From: Nitrospira sp.
Lineage (GTDB): Bacteria > Nitrospirota > Nitrospiria > Nitrospirales > Nitrospiraceae
Direction of reading: 5' to 3'
DNA: 64,000 nt
NCBI GenBank assembly: GCA_047150005.1
Contig: AP038806.1
Span: 256,001-320,000, forward strand
Shown: positions 1-9,507 of the stretch, one piece after another
Position numbering within the stretch: position 1 is the stretch's first letter
Layout of the letters: each line of letters begins with the position of its first letter
Notes under the pieces: model-generated
Seen by the model: only the letters and a program-made list of their open reading frames with translations
What the model was told of the DNA's origin: nothing
Databases searched by the model: none
Translations under genes and position numbers: made by a program

Positions 1-375
1 TTCCGGATCGCGGCCGGCGCGCTCGGCATCGCATGGCAGGGTGTCGTCCTGTTCCGGCGCGCTCCCTTTCATCAGTTGCGGTTGAGCGACCACTTCGGCG
101 GTCGGGCCTCAGCCAGTTACGACGTGCTGCGACCGGTCATGGACAAACTGGAGCACATCGGCCTCACTCCGGGCATGATCGAACGAAAACTCCAGCTGAT
201 GATGAAGCAGGGGGCCGGCATTCTGGCGCTGAACGACGCGTTTCTTCTCTCGAGCTACCTGTGCCTCGGACTCGCCCTCGTCGTGTGGTTCGCCCGCTCC
301 ACCCGCGAGCCTGCCGTGGGCAGGGCCGAGACGGTCAGAGCCCTGCAATCTGAAGAGCTCATGGAGCAACCATGA
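1..375 (+). CDS. DHA2 (EmrB/QacA) MFS efflux permease, C-terminal fragment (runs off window start)
   Basis: Frame 1 is open from base 1 (FRIAAGALGIAW...). Ends in a 'QGAGILALNDAFL' plus TM segment typical of EmrB C-termini. Lies directly before NodT- and EmrA-like genes with an ATGA overlap. Confidence 0.8.
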   Translation, partial: FRIAAGALGIAWQGVVLFRRAPFHQLRLSDHFGGRASASYDVLRPVMDKLEHIGLTPGMIERKLQLMMKQGAGILALNDAFLLSSYLCLGLALVVWFARSTREPAVGRAETVRALQSEELMEQP

Positions 376-1883
376 CGCAGGTCTGTCGCGCAGCCATTCG
401 ATCACTTCTTTCGGTCGTCGGCGCCTGCGCCGTCCTGATCACCGCCGGGTGCGCCTGGATTCCCAAGGGCGATCCTCCGGCCTCCTATCTCGAGACACCC
501 GAACTGAAGGAAACGATCGAGGAGGTGTCGAGCCGGCTGCAGAAGTGGCCCGACGACCGCTGGTGGGATCAGTTTGAGAACCCCGAATTGAACGGCCTGA
601 TGGAGCAGGCACTGAAGGACAACCCCGGTCTGAAAGCCGCATCGGCCAGACTGCGAGAGGCTCAGGCGCTGGTCCGCGTCGAAGGCGCCAGGCTGCTGCC
701 GTTTCTGGAGGCCGACGCCTCGCTGACCTACGAACGTATTTCCCAGCACGGAGTCTTCGCGGCCTTGAATCCCGAGGTCGCCGGCGCGCAGATTCTGCTG
801 GGCGTCATCAACCCGCTCAGCCTCCGGTACGAATTCGACTTCTGGGGCAAGAATCGCGCGACTATTGAAGCAGCGCTGGGACAGGCGGCCGCCGAGGAAG
901 CTGAGCGGGCCGAGATCCGCCTCCGGCTGACGACCGGAATCGCCCGCGCCTATTTCCGCGGCCAGGCCCTTCACCGGCAACTCGAATTGGTCCGCTCGAT
1001 CGTGGAACTTCGCCGGGGCCTTCGCCGACTCGCCGAAACCCGCTACCAACTCGGCCTGGATACCGATCTGGCGGTTAAACAGAGCGTCGCGGAGTATGAG
1101 GCCGCGGTCAAACGCGTGGCGGGCGTGCGGGATCAGCTGGACGTTCAACGCAACCTCCTCGCCCGCCTCATGGGAAAGGGACCGGATGAGGCGCTTCGCC
1201 TCTTCGGGAAGACCGGCGTCACCATTCCCGACCAGATTCCCGTACCGGAGCATCTGTCGATGGGATTGTTGGTGCACCGGCCCGATCTGGCAGCCGCGCT
1301 GTATCGCGCCGATTCGGCCGCCAGGATGGTGAAGGTGGCCAAGACCCAGTTCTATCCGACGATCGACCTGACCGCCTTCGTCGGGTTCAACGCGCTGACG
1401 CTCACCAAGGGAGCCGACAAGCTCGCCAACTTCCTGTTCAGCGGGCAGAGCTTTTCCTACGGCATGGCGCCGGGCCTGCGCCTGCCGATCTTCGAAGGAG
1501 GCAGGCTGCGAGGCGAGCTCGCCGCACACCGGGCGGAGTACGACGCGGCGGTCGAGCTCTACAACGACACCCTCCTCGGCGCATTGCGCGAGGTGGCGGA
1601 CAGCCTCAGCGCCTGGCAGGCCACGCGCGAGATGCTGGAGTCGCATCACCGGTTGGTCGCGGCCCTGAGTGCGGATTGGCGGCTGGCGAAGGTGCGGCTG
1701 ATCTCCGGGCTGGACGACGATCGTGAGGTCCTGCGCCACCGTTATCCGGTGCTCGAGCAGGAATATGCGATGCGGGCGCTCGAAAGTGACCAGTTGGTCG
1801 CAGCCGTGGACCTGATCGAGGCGCTCGGCGGCGGCTATCGCAACGACGACGTGAGCAAGCGGCCGGTGCAGCAGGCCGGCTGA
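372..1883 (+). CDS. Efflux outer-membrane lipoprotein, NodT/TolC family
   Basis: Lipobox TAGC; motifs WW..F..PELN, YEFDFWGK, RPDL..A, FYP, LPIFEGG and C-terminal ALGGG. Confidence 0.92.
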   Translation: MTQVCRAAIRSLLSVVGACAVLITAGCAWIPKGDPPASYLETPELKETIEEVSSRLQKWPDDRWWDQFENPELNGLMEQALKDNPGLKAASARLREAQALVRVEGARLLPFLEADASLTYERISQHGVFAALNPEVAGAQILLGVINPLSLRYEFDFWGKNRATIEAALGQAAAEEAERAEIRLRLTTGIARAYFRGQALHRQLELVRSIVELRRGLRRLAETRYQLGLDTDLAVKQSVAEYEAAVKRVAGVRDQLDVQRNLLARLMGKGPDEALRLFGKTGVTIPDQIPVPEHLSMGLLVHRPDLAAALYRADSAARMVKVAKTQFYPTIDLTAFVGFNALTLTKGADKLANFLFSGQSFSYGMAPGLRLPIFEGGRLRGELAAHRAEYDAAVELYNDTLLGALREVADSLSAWQATREMLESHHRLVAALSADWRLAKVRLISGLDDDREVLRHRYPVLEQEYAMRALESDQLVAAVDLIEALGGGYRNDDVSKRPVQQAG

Positions 1884-1899
1884 GCATGGAACGACCAGG

Positions 1900-3384
1900 A
1901 TGATTCAGGATTCAGGAATGGACGACGCTTCACTTCGACGACAGCGCAACCGGCGCCTGCTGGCCGTGACGGCCGCGCTGATCCTGGCCGGCGCGGCCTA
2001 CGGCGCCTACTGGTGGACCGTGTCGCGCCACTGGGTCGAAACGGACAACGCCTATGTGACGGGCAACCTCGTGCCGGTCGCCGCGCAGGCGACGGGCATT
2101 ATCACGCAGGTCCTTTTCGAGGAAACCCAATTCGTGAATCGAGGCGACGTGCTGATCCGCTTGGACGAACACGAAGCCTATGCGGCTCTGGGCCGCGCGC
2201 GCGGCAGGCTCGGCGAAACGGTGCGCCGGATCAACGCATTGTTCCTCACGCAGCGGCAGGTGGGAGAGAAGCTGGCCGCCCGCCACGCCAGGCTCGAAGT
2301 GGTCCGCCACGACGTGGAGCGCTACCGCAAGGCCGCGCCGACCGGAGCCGTATCCAAGCAGACGCTGCAAAATGCCGCCGATCAACTCCAGGCGCTCGAA
2401 GCCGACCTCAGGGAAACCGAGGCGGAATACGATGCGCTGGACGCGCAGATCGGCGGCACGACCGTCATGGAACACCCGGCGGTTGAATTGGCCAAACACG
2501 AATTCATCGAGGCCCATTTGGAATATGCCCGCCAGCGGATTCTTGCGCCGGTATCCGGGTACGTCGCCAAGCGCAAGGCCCAGGTGGGCGACCGGGTGAA
2601 GCCCGGCGCGAATCTGATGACGATCGTGCCGCTCGACCACCTGTGGGTGGAGGCCAATTTGCGCGAAACCGAATTGAGCGAGATCCGGCCCGGCCAGCCG
2701 GCCGAGATCCGCGTCGATCTGTACGGAGGCAAACATACGTTTCACGGGACGGTCGAAGGCCTGGTGCCCGGCACCGGAAGCCCGTTCGCACTGTTGCCTC
2801 CCGACAATTCCACCGGCAACTTCATTCATATCATCGAGCGCGTGCCGGTCCGCATCGCCCTGGCGGCCGACGAGATCCGCGAATATCCCGTGAGGCCCGG
2901 ACTCTCGACCGTCACCAAGATTCGTGTCGGCGAACCGGGCCGGTCGGTCTGGGCTTCATTGGCCAAAGCCGATACCGACGAGTACCAGACGGACGTCTAC
3001 GGCAATGAATTGACGAGTGCCGAATCGGTGGCCCAAGGGGTAATAGCCGGCAACGTGAGGACCATCGGCTCGATCTTCGGATCGGCCGCGGCGGTCGTCC
3101 GAGCAAACGAGGATGAGACCTCGTCTCCGCGGGCGCCCACTACCCGGTCGGACCTCGGCATGTCGAACCGATCCGGCAAGCGTCCGCTTCGCCGGAGCGT
3201 CGAACAGGACTCGGGTTCCTATGTTCCGCCGAAAAGTCCGGACCTCGGCGAGACTTACGTCCCGCTCTCTCCGGCCATCGGCCCCGGCTCCGACCGACTC
3301 GGTCAGCAAGCCAGTCCTCCGGCCTTCCCACGCTCCACCGTTCCGGAACGCGGCAGGGGCGTCATGAGACCGACCGATCCGTGA
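1900..3384 (+). CDS. EmrA/HlyD-family membrane fusion protein with long low-complexity C-terminal tail
   Basis: N-terminal TM; motifs TDNAYV, V.RGDVL, I.APVSG, WVEAN..ETEL, FALLPP.N.TGNF...ERVPVRI. Confidence 0.9.
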   Translation: MIQDSGMDDASLRRQRNRRLLAVTAALILAGAAYGAYWWTVSRHWVETDNAYVTGNLVPVAAQATGIITQVLFEETQFVNRGDVLIRLDEHEAYAALGRARGRLGETVRRINALFLTQRQVGEKLAARHARLEVVRHDVERYRKAAPTGAVSKQTLQNAADQLQALEADLRETEAEYDALDAQIGGTTVMEHPAVELAKHEFIEAHLEYARQRILAPVSGYVAKRKAQVGDRVKPGANLMTIVPLDHLWVEANLRETELSEIRPGQPAEIRVDLYGGKHTFHGTVEGLVPGTGSPFALLPPDNSTGNFIHIIERVPVRIALAADEIREYPVRPGLSTVTKIRVGEPGRSVWASLAKADTDEYQTDVYGNELTSAESVAQGVIAGNVRTIGSIFGSAAAVVRANEDETSSPRAPTTRSDLGMSNRSGKRPLRRSVEQDSGSYVPPKSPDLGETYVPLSPAIGPGSDRLGQQASPPAFPRSTVPERGRGVMRPTDP

Positions 3385-3411
3385 CGGGCCAGGGAGGCCC
3401 GCCTCACTACC

Positions 3412-5448
3412 ATGGTGTCCGACACTCTCAGACGCGCGGCGCCGACGCAATTGACAAGACTTCTCGGCGCTCCTTACGATGATCGCGACGATCGCATGGA
3501 GCGGCACATTCTGATGTGGCGACGAATCTCGGGACTCTTCAACGATCTGCCTATCGCGCGCAAGCTGCTTTTGACCTCCCTCATTCCTCTCGTCGCGTTC
3601 CTCGTCTTGGGATTGGACGCCTATGAGCGGCTCGAAGCCCTGACGGAGGACGAAGAACAACTCGATCGTGTGTATGTGGCGCAACGCGCCGCCGCGGAAT
3701 ACATGCGGCTGATCGTGGACTACGAAACGGGCTTCCGCGGATACGTGATGACCAGGCAGGAGGCCTACCTGGTGCCGTCAAGAAACGCGCACCAGCACAT
3801 GCCCTCGGTCGAGCAGACATTGCTGGGGTTGATCCGCCCCCACCGGCCTCAATACGAGGCCATCGAGCAGGCCCAACGCCTGGTCAAACAAATGATGGAG
3901 GAGAAGGAAAGCCTGATCCAATTGGTGAAGAGTGGACGGACGACCGAAGCGATCCACTATATCGAACAAAGCAGGGGGCGCGCCCTCATGCAACTCATCC
4001 GTGAGCATATGGCGCGGTTCGACCGCCTGGAACAGGAAGCCCTCAACGACGCGCTGGCCAACATGGCCACATCGCGCAACCAGATGGTGGCCCACATCAT
4101 GGGCGGCATCGCGCTGGTCATCGTATTGCTCATCCTGGCGCTTCAACTCATCGCCCGCTCGATCACCGGCCCGCTGATCAGCCTCGCCAAGTCGGTCCGG
4201 TCGTCCGACGCCATTCTCCCGGCCGATGTGCCGGTCCTGGCGAGACAGGACGAGTTGGGTGAATTGACCCGCGGCATGAGCACCATGAGCCGGCAGGTGC
4301 GGGAGCATCTCGCGAGTGTCCAAAAGAATCAGGCCGAACTGCGCGAGCTGAACCAGAATCTTGCGGCCTCGGATGATAAATACCGCAACATCGTCGATCA
4401 CGCGCCCTTCGGCATCTTTACGACCTCCGGAATGACGATCACCTTCAGCAATCGCTACAACAAATCCCTGGCCGGCATGAATCCCGACGAGGCGGGCGAA
4501 CCGGAAGCCTTCCGCCACTGGATCCACCCGGACGACCGCGACCGCGTGCTGCGTGAGTACGAGCAGGCGGTTGCCGACGGCATGCCGTACGAAACGGTAT
4601 TCCGCTTCGTACGGCCCGACGGCACGGTGCGCAAGGTCCTGAGCCGGCGTATTCCGATCAAGAACGCGGAAGGACAGCCCACCATGTATCAGGGGTTCAA
4701 CGTCGACATCACGGCGCTCGACGACATGCAGACGCAATTGAGTCGGGCCGAGCGGCTCGCGACGCTCGGGCAAGTGGCCGCCGGCATCGCCCACGAGATC
4801 CGCAACCCGCTCGTCGGCATCGGGTCCACCGCCTCGTTGCTGCGAGACGAGATTGATCCCTCCGATCCGAAGCGCGCCGATCTCGACATCATCCTGAACG
4901 AGACCAGACGGCTGGACCGCATCGTCAACCAGATCATCGACTATGCGCGACCTCGGGACCTGGTGCCGACCTCCTGGCTCTTCAAAGACGCCGTCGAGGA
5001 CGTCTTGAAACTCTTGGACGCGAGGATTTACGCCCAGCACGTCGCCGTGACGCAGCCGACGAACCAGGCGATCACGGTTTATGCGGACCGCGATCAGATC
5101 AAGCAGGTGCTCCTCAACCTCTGCCACAACGCGTTGGACGCGATGCCCGACGGCGGGTCCCTGCGACTTGAGGCGACCGAGACACCGCGCGACGACAAAC
5201 CGGGCGTGCTGATCGAAATTGCCGACACCGGACCCGGCATTCCGGCGCAGGCCCTGGTCCAGGTGTTCCAGCCCTTCTTCACCAGCGGCAAGCAGCATGG
5301 GACCGGCCTGGGTCTGGCGATTTGCCGCAACATCGTGGACGCGCACGGGGGCGATATCGCCCTGGTCAGCCAGATCGGGAGCGGAACGACGGCCCGGCTC
5401 TGGCTTCCGCTGAAGACATCGATGACCATGATGAGGGACATCCTATGA
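3412..5448 (+). CDS. Sensor histidine kinase (CHASE3-HAMP-PAS-HisKA-HATPase); true start may be 3496 or 3514
   Basis: CHASE3 motif D.ETGFRGY, HAMP RQDELG.L, PAS IHPDD, H-box AHEIRNPL, N/G boxes NLCHNA, DTGPGI, GTGLGL. Confidence 0.92.
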   Translation: MVSDTLRRAAPTQLTRLLGAPYDDRDDRMERHILMWRRISGLFNDLPIARKLLLTSLIPLVAFLVLGLDAYERLEALTEDEEQLDRVYVAQRAAAEYMRLIVDYETGFRGYVMTRQEAYLVPSRNAHQHMPSVEQTLLGLIRPHRPQYEAIEQAQRLVKQMMEEKESLIQLVKSGRTTEAIHYIEQSRGRALMQLIREHMARFDRLEQEALNDALANMATSRNQMVAHIMGGIALVIVLLILALQLIARSITGPLISLAKSVRSSDAILPADVPVLARQDELGELTRGMSTMSRQVREHLASVQKNQAELRELNQNLAASDDKYRNIVDHAPFGIFTTSGMTITFSNRYNKSLAGMNPDEAGEPEAFRHWIHPDDRDRVLREYEQAVADGMPYETVFRFVRPDGTVRKVLSRRIPIKNAEGQPTMYQGFNVDITALDDMQTQLSRAERLATLGQVAAGIAHEIRNPLVGIGSTASLLRDEIDPSDPKRADLDIILNETRRLDRIVNQIIDYARPRDLVPTSWLFKDAVEDVLKLLDARIYAQHVAVTQPTNQAITVYADRDQIKQVLLNLCHNALDAMPDGGSLRLEATETPRDDKPGVLIEIADTGPGIPAQALVQVFQPFFTSGKQHGTGLGLAICRNIVDAHGGDIALVSQIGSGTTARLWLPLKTSMTMMRDIL

Positions 5449-6836
5449 ACGCGACCATCTTTGTCACCGACGACGAACCGGCGATCCGCTCGGCCCTCGC
5501 GAAGCGCATCACCAGGCGCAACCATCGAGTCACGGCGTTTGCCTCGGGCGAAGACCTCGTGCAGGCGCTGGAGCACGAAGTGCCGGATCTGCTGCTGCTC
5601 GACGTGAAGATGCCGGGCCTCTCCGGGTTGGATGCGCTCAAGGTCTGCCGGCTGAAGGCGCCGTTCGCGCTCGTGATCATGCTCACCGCCTACGGGACCG
5701 TTCAGGACGCCGTCGAAGCGATGAAGCTCGGCGCCTACGATTTCGTCATCAAGACCGTGGATCTCGAAGGCGTGGAGCAGGTGCTGGACCGGGCGCTCGA
5801 ACTCCTGGCGCTCCGCCGTCGCATGAGCTTCCAGTCCGAGCGGGATATGGACCAATATGCCCTGACCGAGCTGATCGCCGACAGCAACGCCATGCAGGTC
5901 CTCCTGGCGCAGATTCGGGAAATCGCCCATAACCCGAAAAGCACGGTGCTCATGCTCGGCGAAACCGGTACGGGCAAGGAATTCGTCGCGCGCGTCCTCC
6001 ACCATAACGGCAGCCGCGCGGCGAGTCCCTTCATCGGCGTCAATTGCACGGCCATTCCCAGAGAGCTGTTCGAGAGCGAGCTGTTCGGGTACGAGCGCGG
6101 CGCATTCACCGGCGCGAATCAGCGCAAGCTCGGCCTGCTCGATCGGGCGGAAGGTGGCACGCTGTTCCTCGACGAGATCGGTGATTTGGACCTCAGCATG
6201 CAGGCCAAACTCCTGAGGGTGCTGCAAGAGCGGACCTTCCGCCGCCTCGGCGGGACAGACGACATCGCGGTGGACTTCCGGCTCATCGCGGCGACCAACC
6301 GGGATCTCAAAAAAGAGATCGCCAACGGAGCGTTCCGCGAGGATCTCTACTTCCGGCTCAACGTCGTGGCGCTCGAACTGCCCCCGCTCCGTCAGCGCGT
6401 GGAGGATATTCTTCCCCTCTGCATGAAGGCGCTGATGCACTACGGCAAGGAGTTCGGGAAAGACGTCACCGACATCGACCTTGAAGCGCGGGCGCTGCTG
6501 GAGCGGTATTCGTATCCGGGCAACATCCGAGAACTCCAGAACATCATCGAGCGGGCAATGATCTTTTGCCAGGGGCGGACGCTCACCGCCAACTATCTGC
6601 CGCGTGAGCTCCACGACCAGGCCAAACAGACCACGACGACGGTCGCGCGCGGAGACGGGCATCTCATTCGGGTCGAAATGGAGGTCGGCAAGCAGACGCT
6701 GGCTGAGATCGAGGAGTCGGTGATCGAGGAAACGCTGCGGCTGGCCGACTACAACAAGAGCCTGGCGGCCAAACAGCTCGGCCTGACCCGGTTTGCGCTC
6801 GACCGCCGGTTGAAGAAAATCGAGAAGGACCGGTAG
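5445..6836 (+). CDS. Sigma54-dependent NtrC/AtoC-family response regulator
   Basis: ATGA overlap with the kinase. Receiver (DDE, LLDVKMP), GETGTGKE, ESELFG, GAFTGA, LFLDEIG, PGNIREL and a Fis-type HTH. Confidence 0.95.
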   Translation: MNATIFVTDDEPAIRSALAKRITRRNHRVTAFASGEDLVQALEHEVPDLLLLDVKMPGLSGLDALKVCRLKAPFALVIMLTAYGTVQDAVEAMKLGAYDFVIKTVDLEGVEQVLDRALELLALRRRMSFQSERDMDQYALTELIADSNAMQVLLAQIREIAHNPKSTVLMLGETGTGKEFVARVLHHNGSRAASPFIGVNCTAIPRELFESELFGYERGAFTGANQRKLGLLDRAEGGTLFLDEIGDLDLSMQAKLLRVLQERTFRRLGGTDDIAVDFRLIAATNRDLKKEIANGAFREDLYFRLNVVALELPPLRQRVEDILPLCMKALMHYGKEFGKDVTDIDLEARALLERYSYPGNIRELQNIIERAMIFCQGRTLTANYLPRELHDQAKQTTTTVARGDGHLIRVEMEVGKQTLAEIEESVIEETLRLADYNKSLAAKQLGLTRFALDRRLKKIEKDR

Positions 6837-7358
6837 GTCGGAACACATCTCCTCAGCTCAGTTGATTGGACCAGCGGTTTAGTACACCACTAGTCGCCCG
6901 TTCAATCCGGGTCGCCGGCTCCATTTTTCAACCGTTCCGCTGACCCAAAATCTCCACTCCATCCCGCAGGCTTTCTGGGAAATGGTGCGCAACACGTCCA
7001 CCCCAGCTGCCAGGGATCGATACCTGCCAGCACAATCGGGCTATTGACTTCCAAATATTGAATGCATACGCTCCCGCCCCCCAATATAATACCCTTCTGC
7101 AAAGGAGTCATACATGACGCGACGAAGCTCCAATTGTGGACAGGGAAATGACCTGATAGCCCTCCTATGACTGCATGGAATTTGTTCTGTGGGGGCAAAT
7201 GTCGCAAATAACGCTCGCTGAACTTTCTCAACACCAGCATCTTTCAACTGTCTTCCCACCGAACCAGGTGCCACTGATCTATAGCACGGCACTGCCAACC
7301 CCGCCCATGGAGTCTGGTGCGAAGGTTCAAGGAGTGAACGAGATCTAGAGCGGAGGTA

Positions 7359-8783
7359 ATGATGTTCTTCCCAAAGAAGCACTTCGTTCCCATACTCTGT
7401 GCGGCGGTTGGGCTCGCCATGTTGTCGTCCTGCACCTCGCTTTCCGCGCAGCGAAAGGAGGAATCAACTGCCTCCATCAAGAAAATCAAAAATATGGACG
7501 GAGAACATACGCAAGCGATGACTCTCGGAGAACTCCGCGATGAAGTCCAGCGATTCGCCTATCGGTTTGTCACCCACGTAAACGAGCCGCTGCGGATTGT
7601 CGGCGGGACGACAAGCACAGCTAACGTACGCAAGATTGTGCAGCGGATGAAATTCGCAAATACATGGTCGGCGGTGGACATTGCAATTGGGCCAAACCCT
7701 GAATTGAACCTAATCGATATGATTGTTTATGTCACGTTGTCACGGATGCTGATGGAGGACTACTGGGTTCCGACCGTCTTTACTGAACAGGGAGGTATTC
7801 TCACAAAGGCGTTTCGAGACATGGAGGAGGATATCTGGAGCGTCGGAGCTCGAGTTCTTGATCGCGAGCAGCGGGAGGAATTGCGCGGTGTCATAGTGAC
7901 ATGGCGCGAACACAATCCTGACGTACAGATGGTTACGGGCGTCCGATTCGGAAATATTGCCCCGCAAACGAGCACTTCTCGTCTAGCCGAAGTGCAGAAA
8001 CCAGGAGGGCTGTTGGGACAGATGCAACGAGCGAACGATGCCGTTGATGAAGTTCGAGTTCTCTCGGAGCGTCTCTTATTTCTTGTGAAAGCCATGTTAC
8101 CGCTCTCGCAGTATCAAGCGGAAGCGACCCTAAGCGACGTTCTAGCGGAACCCGCCATCGAACAGATGTTCTCAGACCTAGACCGTCTCACGACGTCTAC
8201 GGAACGCTATGCGACGATGTTGGAGCGACTTCCTGGCGAGCGGAATGCGACCCTGTCTCAAGTCAGTGACATCATTGCCAAGGAACGGAACAATTTCCTT
8301 ACTGGGATCGTTCCTCATGAAGAGCGTCTTCAGGGCGTGCTGACGAATCTTCGCGAGACGCTTGTGGAAGCAAACAAGTTGATCGCGTCTGTTGAATCGT
8401 TTACCGGCAAGTATGTTCCAGCTCAGGATCCGTCTCGAGTGCACGCGCTCCCACCTGCCGATCAGAAACCATTCGATATCAAGGATTATCAGGACACCGT
8501 CAGTGGAGTAACCGACACTGTTCGTGAGGCTCAGAAGCTTGCCCTCGTCTTGGAGCAGATCCTCAATTCTCCGGGATGGAAGGAGCGTATGCCGGAACTG
8601 CTCAATGCCATTGACGTGGTTGGCAAACAAGGAACCGGTTTGGTTGACTTCTCATTTCGCCGCGCGGTCATTCTCGTCGGGACTTCTATACTCATGATCT
8701 TTGTCCTGGCGTTCTTGTTAGTGAGATATGCACTCAAAAGATCGGCCGCCATCCGCGCCTACCAGGATGTGGCAGTCAAATAG
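7359..8783 (+). CDS. Hypothetical lipoprotein-like protein with helical body and C-terminal TM helix
   Basis: 474-aa ORF with GGAGG RBS, lipobox-like LSSC and a hydrophobic C-terminal helix. Visibly less GC-rich than neighbours. Confidence 0.75.
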   Translation: MMFFPKKHFVPILCAAVGLAMLSSCTSLSAQRKEESTASIKKIKNMDGEHTQAMTLGELRDEVQRFAYRFVTHVNEPLRIVGGTTSTANVRKIVQRMKFANTWSAVDIAIGPNPELNLIDMIVYVTLSRMLMEDYWVPTVFTEQGGILTKAFRDMEEDIWSVGARVLDREQREELRGVIVTWREHNPDVQMVTGVRFGNIAPQTSTSRLAEVQKPGGLLGQMQRANDAVDEVRVLSERLLFLVKAMLPLSQYQAEATLSDVLAEPAIEQMFSDLDRLTTSTERYATMLERLPGERNATLSQVSDIIAKERNNFLTGIVPHEERLQGVLTNLRETLVEANKLIASVESFTGKYVPAQDPSRVHALPPADQKPFDIKDYQDTVSGVTDTVREAQKLALVLEQILNSPGWKERMPELLNAIDVVGKQGTGLVDFSFRRAVILVGTSILMIFVLAFLLVRYALKRSAAIRAYQDVAVK

Positions 8784-9033
8784 GCCGGCGCATTCAATCG
8801 TCGGGAAACGATTGTGATGGCTCGATGTGTCCGCATTAACTGTCCTAACACCACTGAGGTCGGAAGCCATCGAGGGAAACGAGCAGTACGATGGGCGTTT
8901 GTAGATGGTTCGTATGATTGACAGAGGGACGCTGTCGAGAAGACAATCGACACAGGCTCTCACTGCGTGGGCACCGGCTATTCAGGTCTTCCTTCTTGCA
9001 TCGTCTGATAGAATCGATGGACAGACGATCCTC

Positions 9034-9351
9034 TTACGGATTCGGCGCGACGAAGACCAATACTTTTAGTCGCTGTCCACTATCATTCTTCACCCCGTGT
9101 TCCTCGCCCGCCGGCGCCATCGTTCCTTGGCCGGCGCGCAGGACCTCTCGCTTCTCTCCTACCTGAAACGTCCCTTGGCCTTCCAGCACCAGATACACCT
9201 TGTCCTGCTCGGCATGGACATGCCCCTTCTGCTCCTGCCCTGGTTCAAAACAGTAGACATCACAGAATAGCCGCGGCGTTTGGAAGATATTGTTTTTCTT
9301 CATCTTCTCATGACTAAACTGTTGAAAATCAGAGAGATTAACAACATTCAT
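9034..9351 (-). CDS. Cupin-domain protein (105 aa)
   Basis: Start MNVVNL with GGAG upstream; cupin motifs GHVHAEQDKVYLVLEGQG and PAGEEHGV. Confidence 0.85.
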   Translation of the reverse strand: MNVVNLSDFQQFSHEKMKKNNIFQTPRLFCDVYCFEPGQEQKGHVHAEQDKVYLVLEGQGTFQVGEKREVLRAGQGTMAPAGEEHGVKNDSGQRLKVLVFVAPNP

Positions 9352-9507
9352 GCGAGAGACTCCTTCCGGTGGACAAGAGGGTTCGGCCTTCGGAATTCGT
9401 GGACGTTGCGACGGGAGTATAGCCCGTGACGCGCCGGAAATCAGCCCCATCTCTTCAAGCCGCTTTGACCGACTCCTCACGTTTCGGCTACTCTGAACGG
9501 ACCTGCC

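Noticed and set aside
402..6848. Long minus-strand ORFs (402-1739, 1930-2829, 3778-5346, 5094-6848)
   Set aside because: Antisense shadows of well-supported plus-strand genes in high-GC DNA, with no recognisable motifs.
6900..7350. Possible sigma54 (-24/-12) promoter for the orphan lipoprotein
   Set aside because: Candidates such as TAGCACGGCACTGC lack the GG or the correct spacing.
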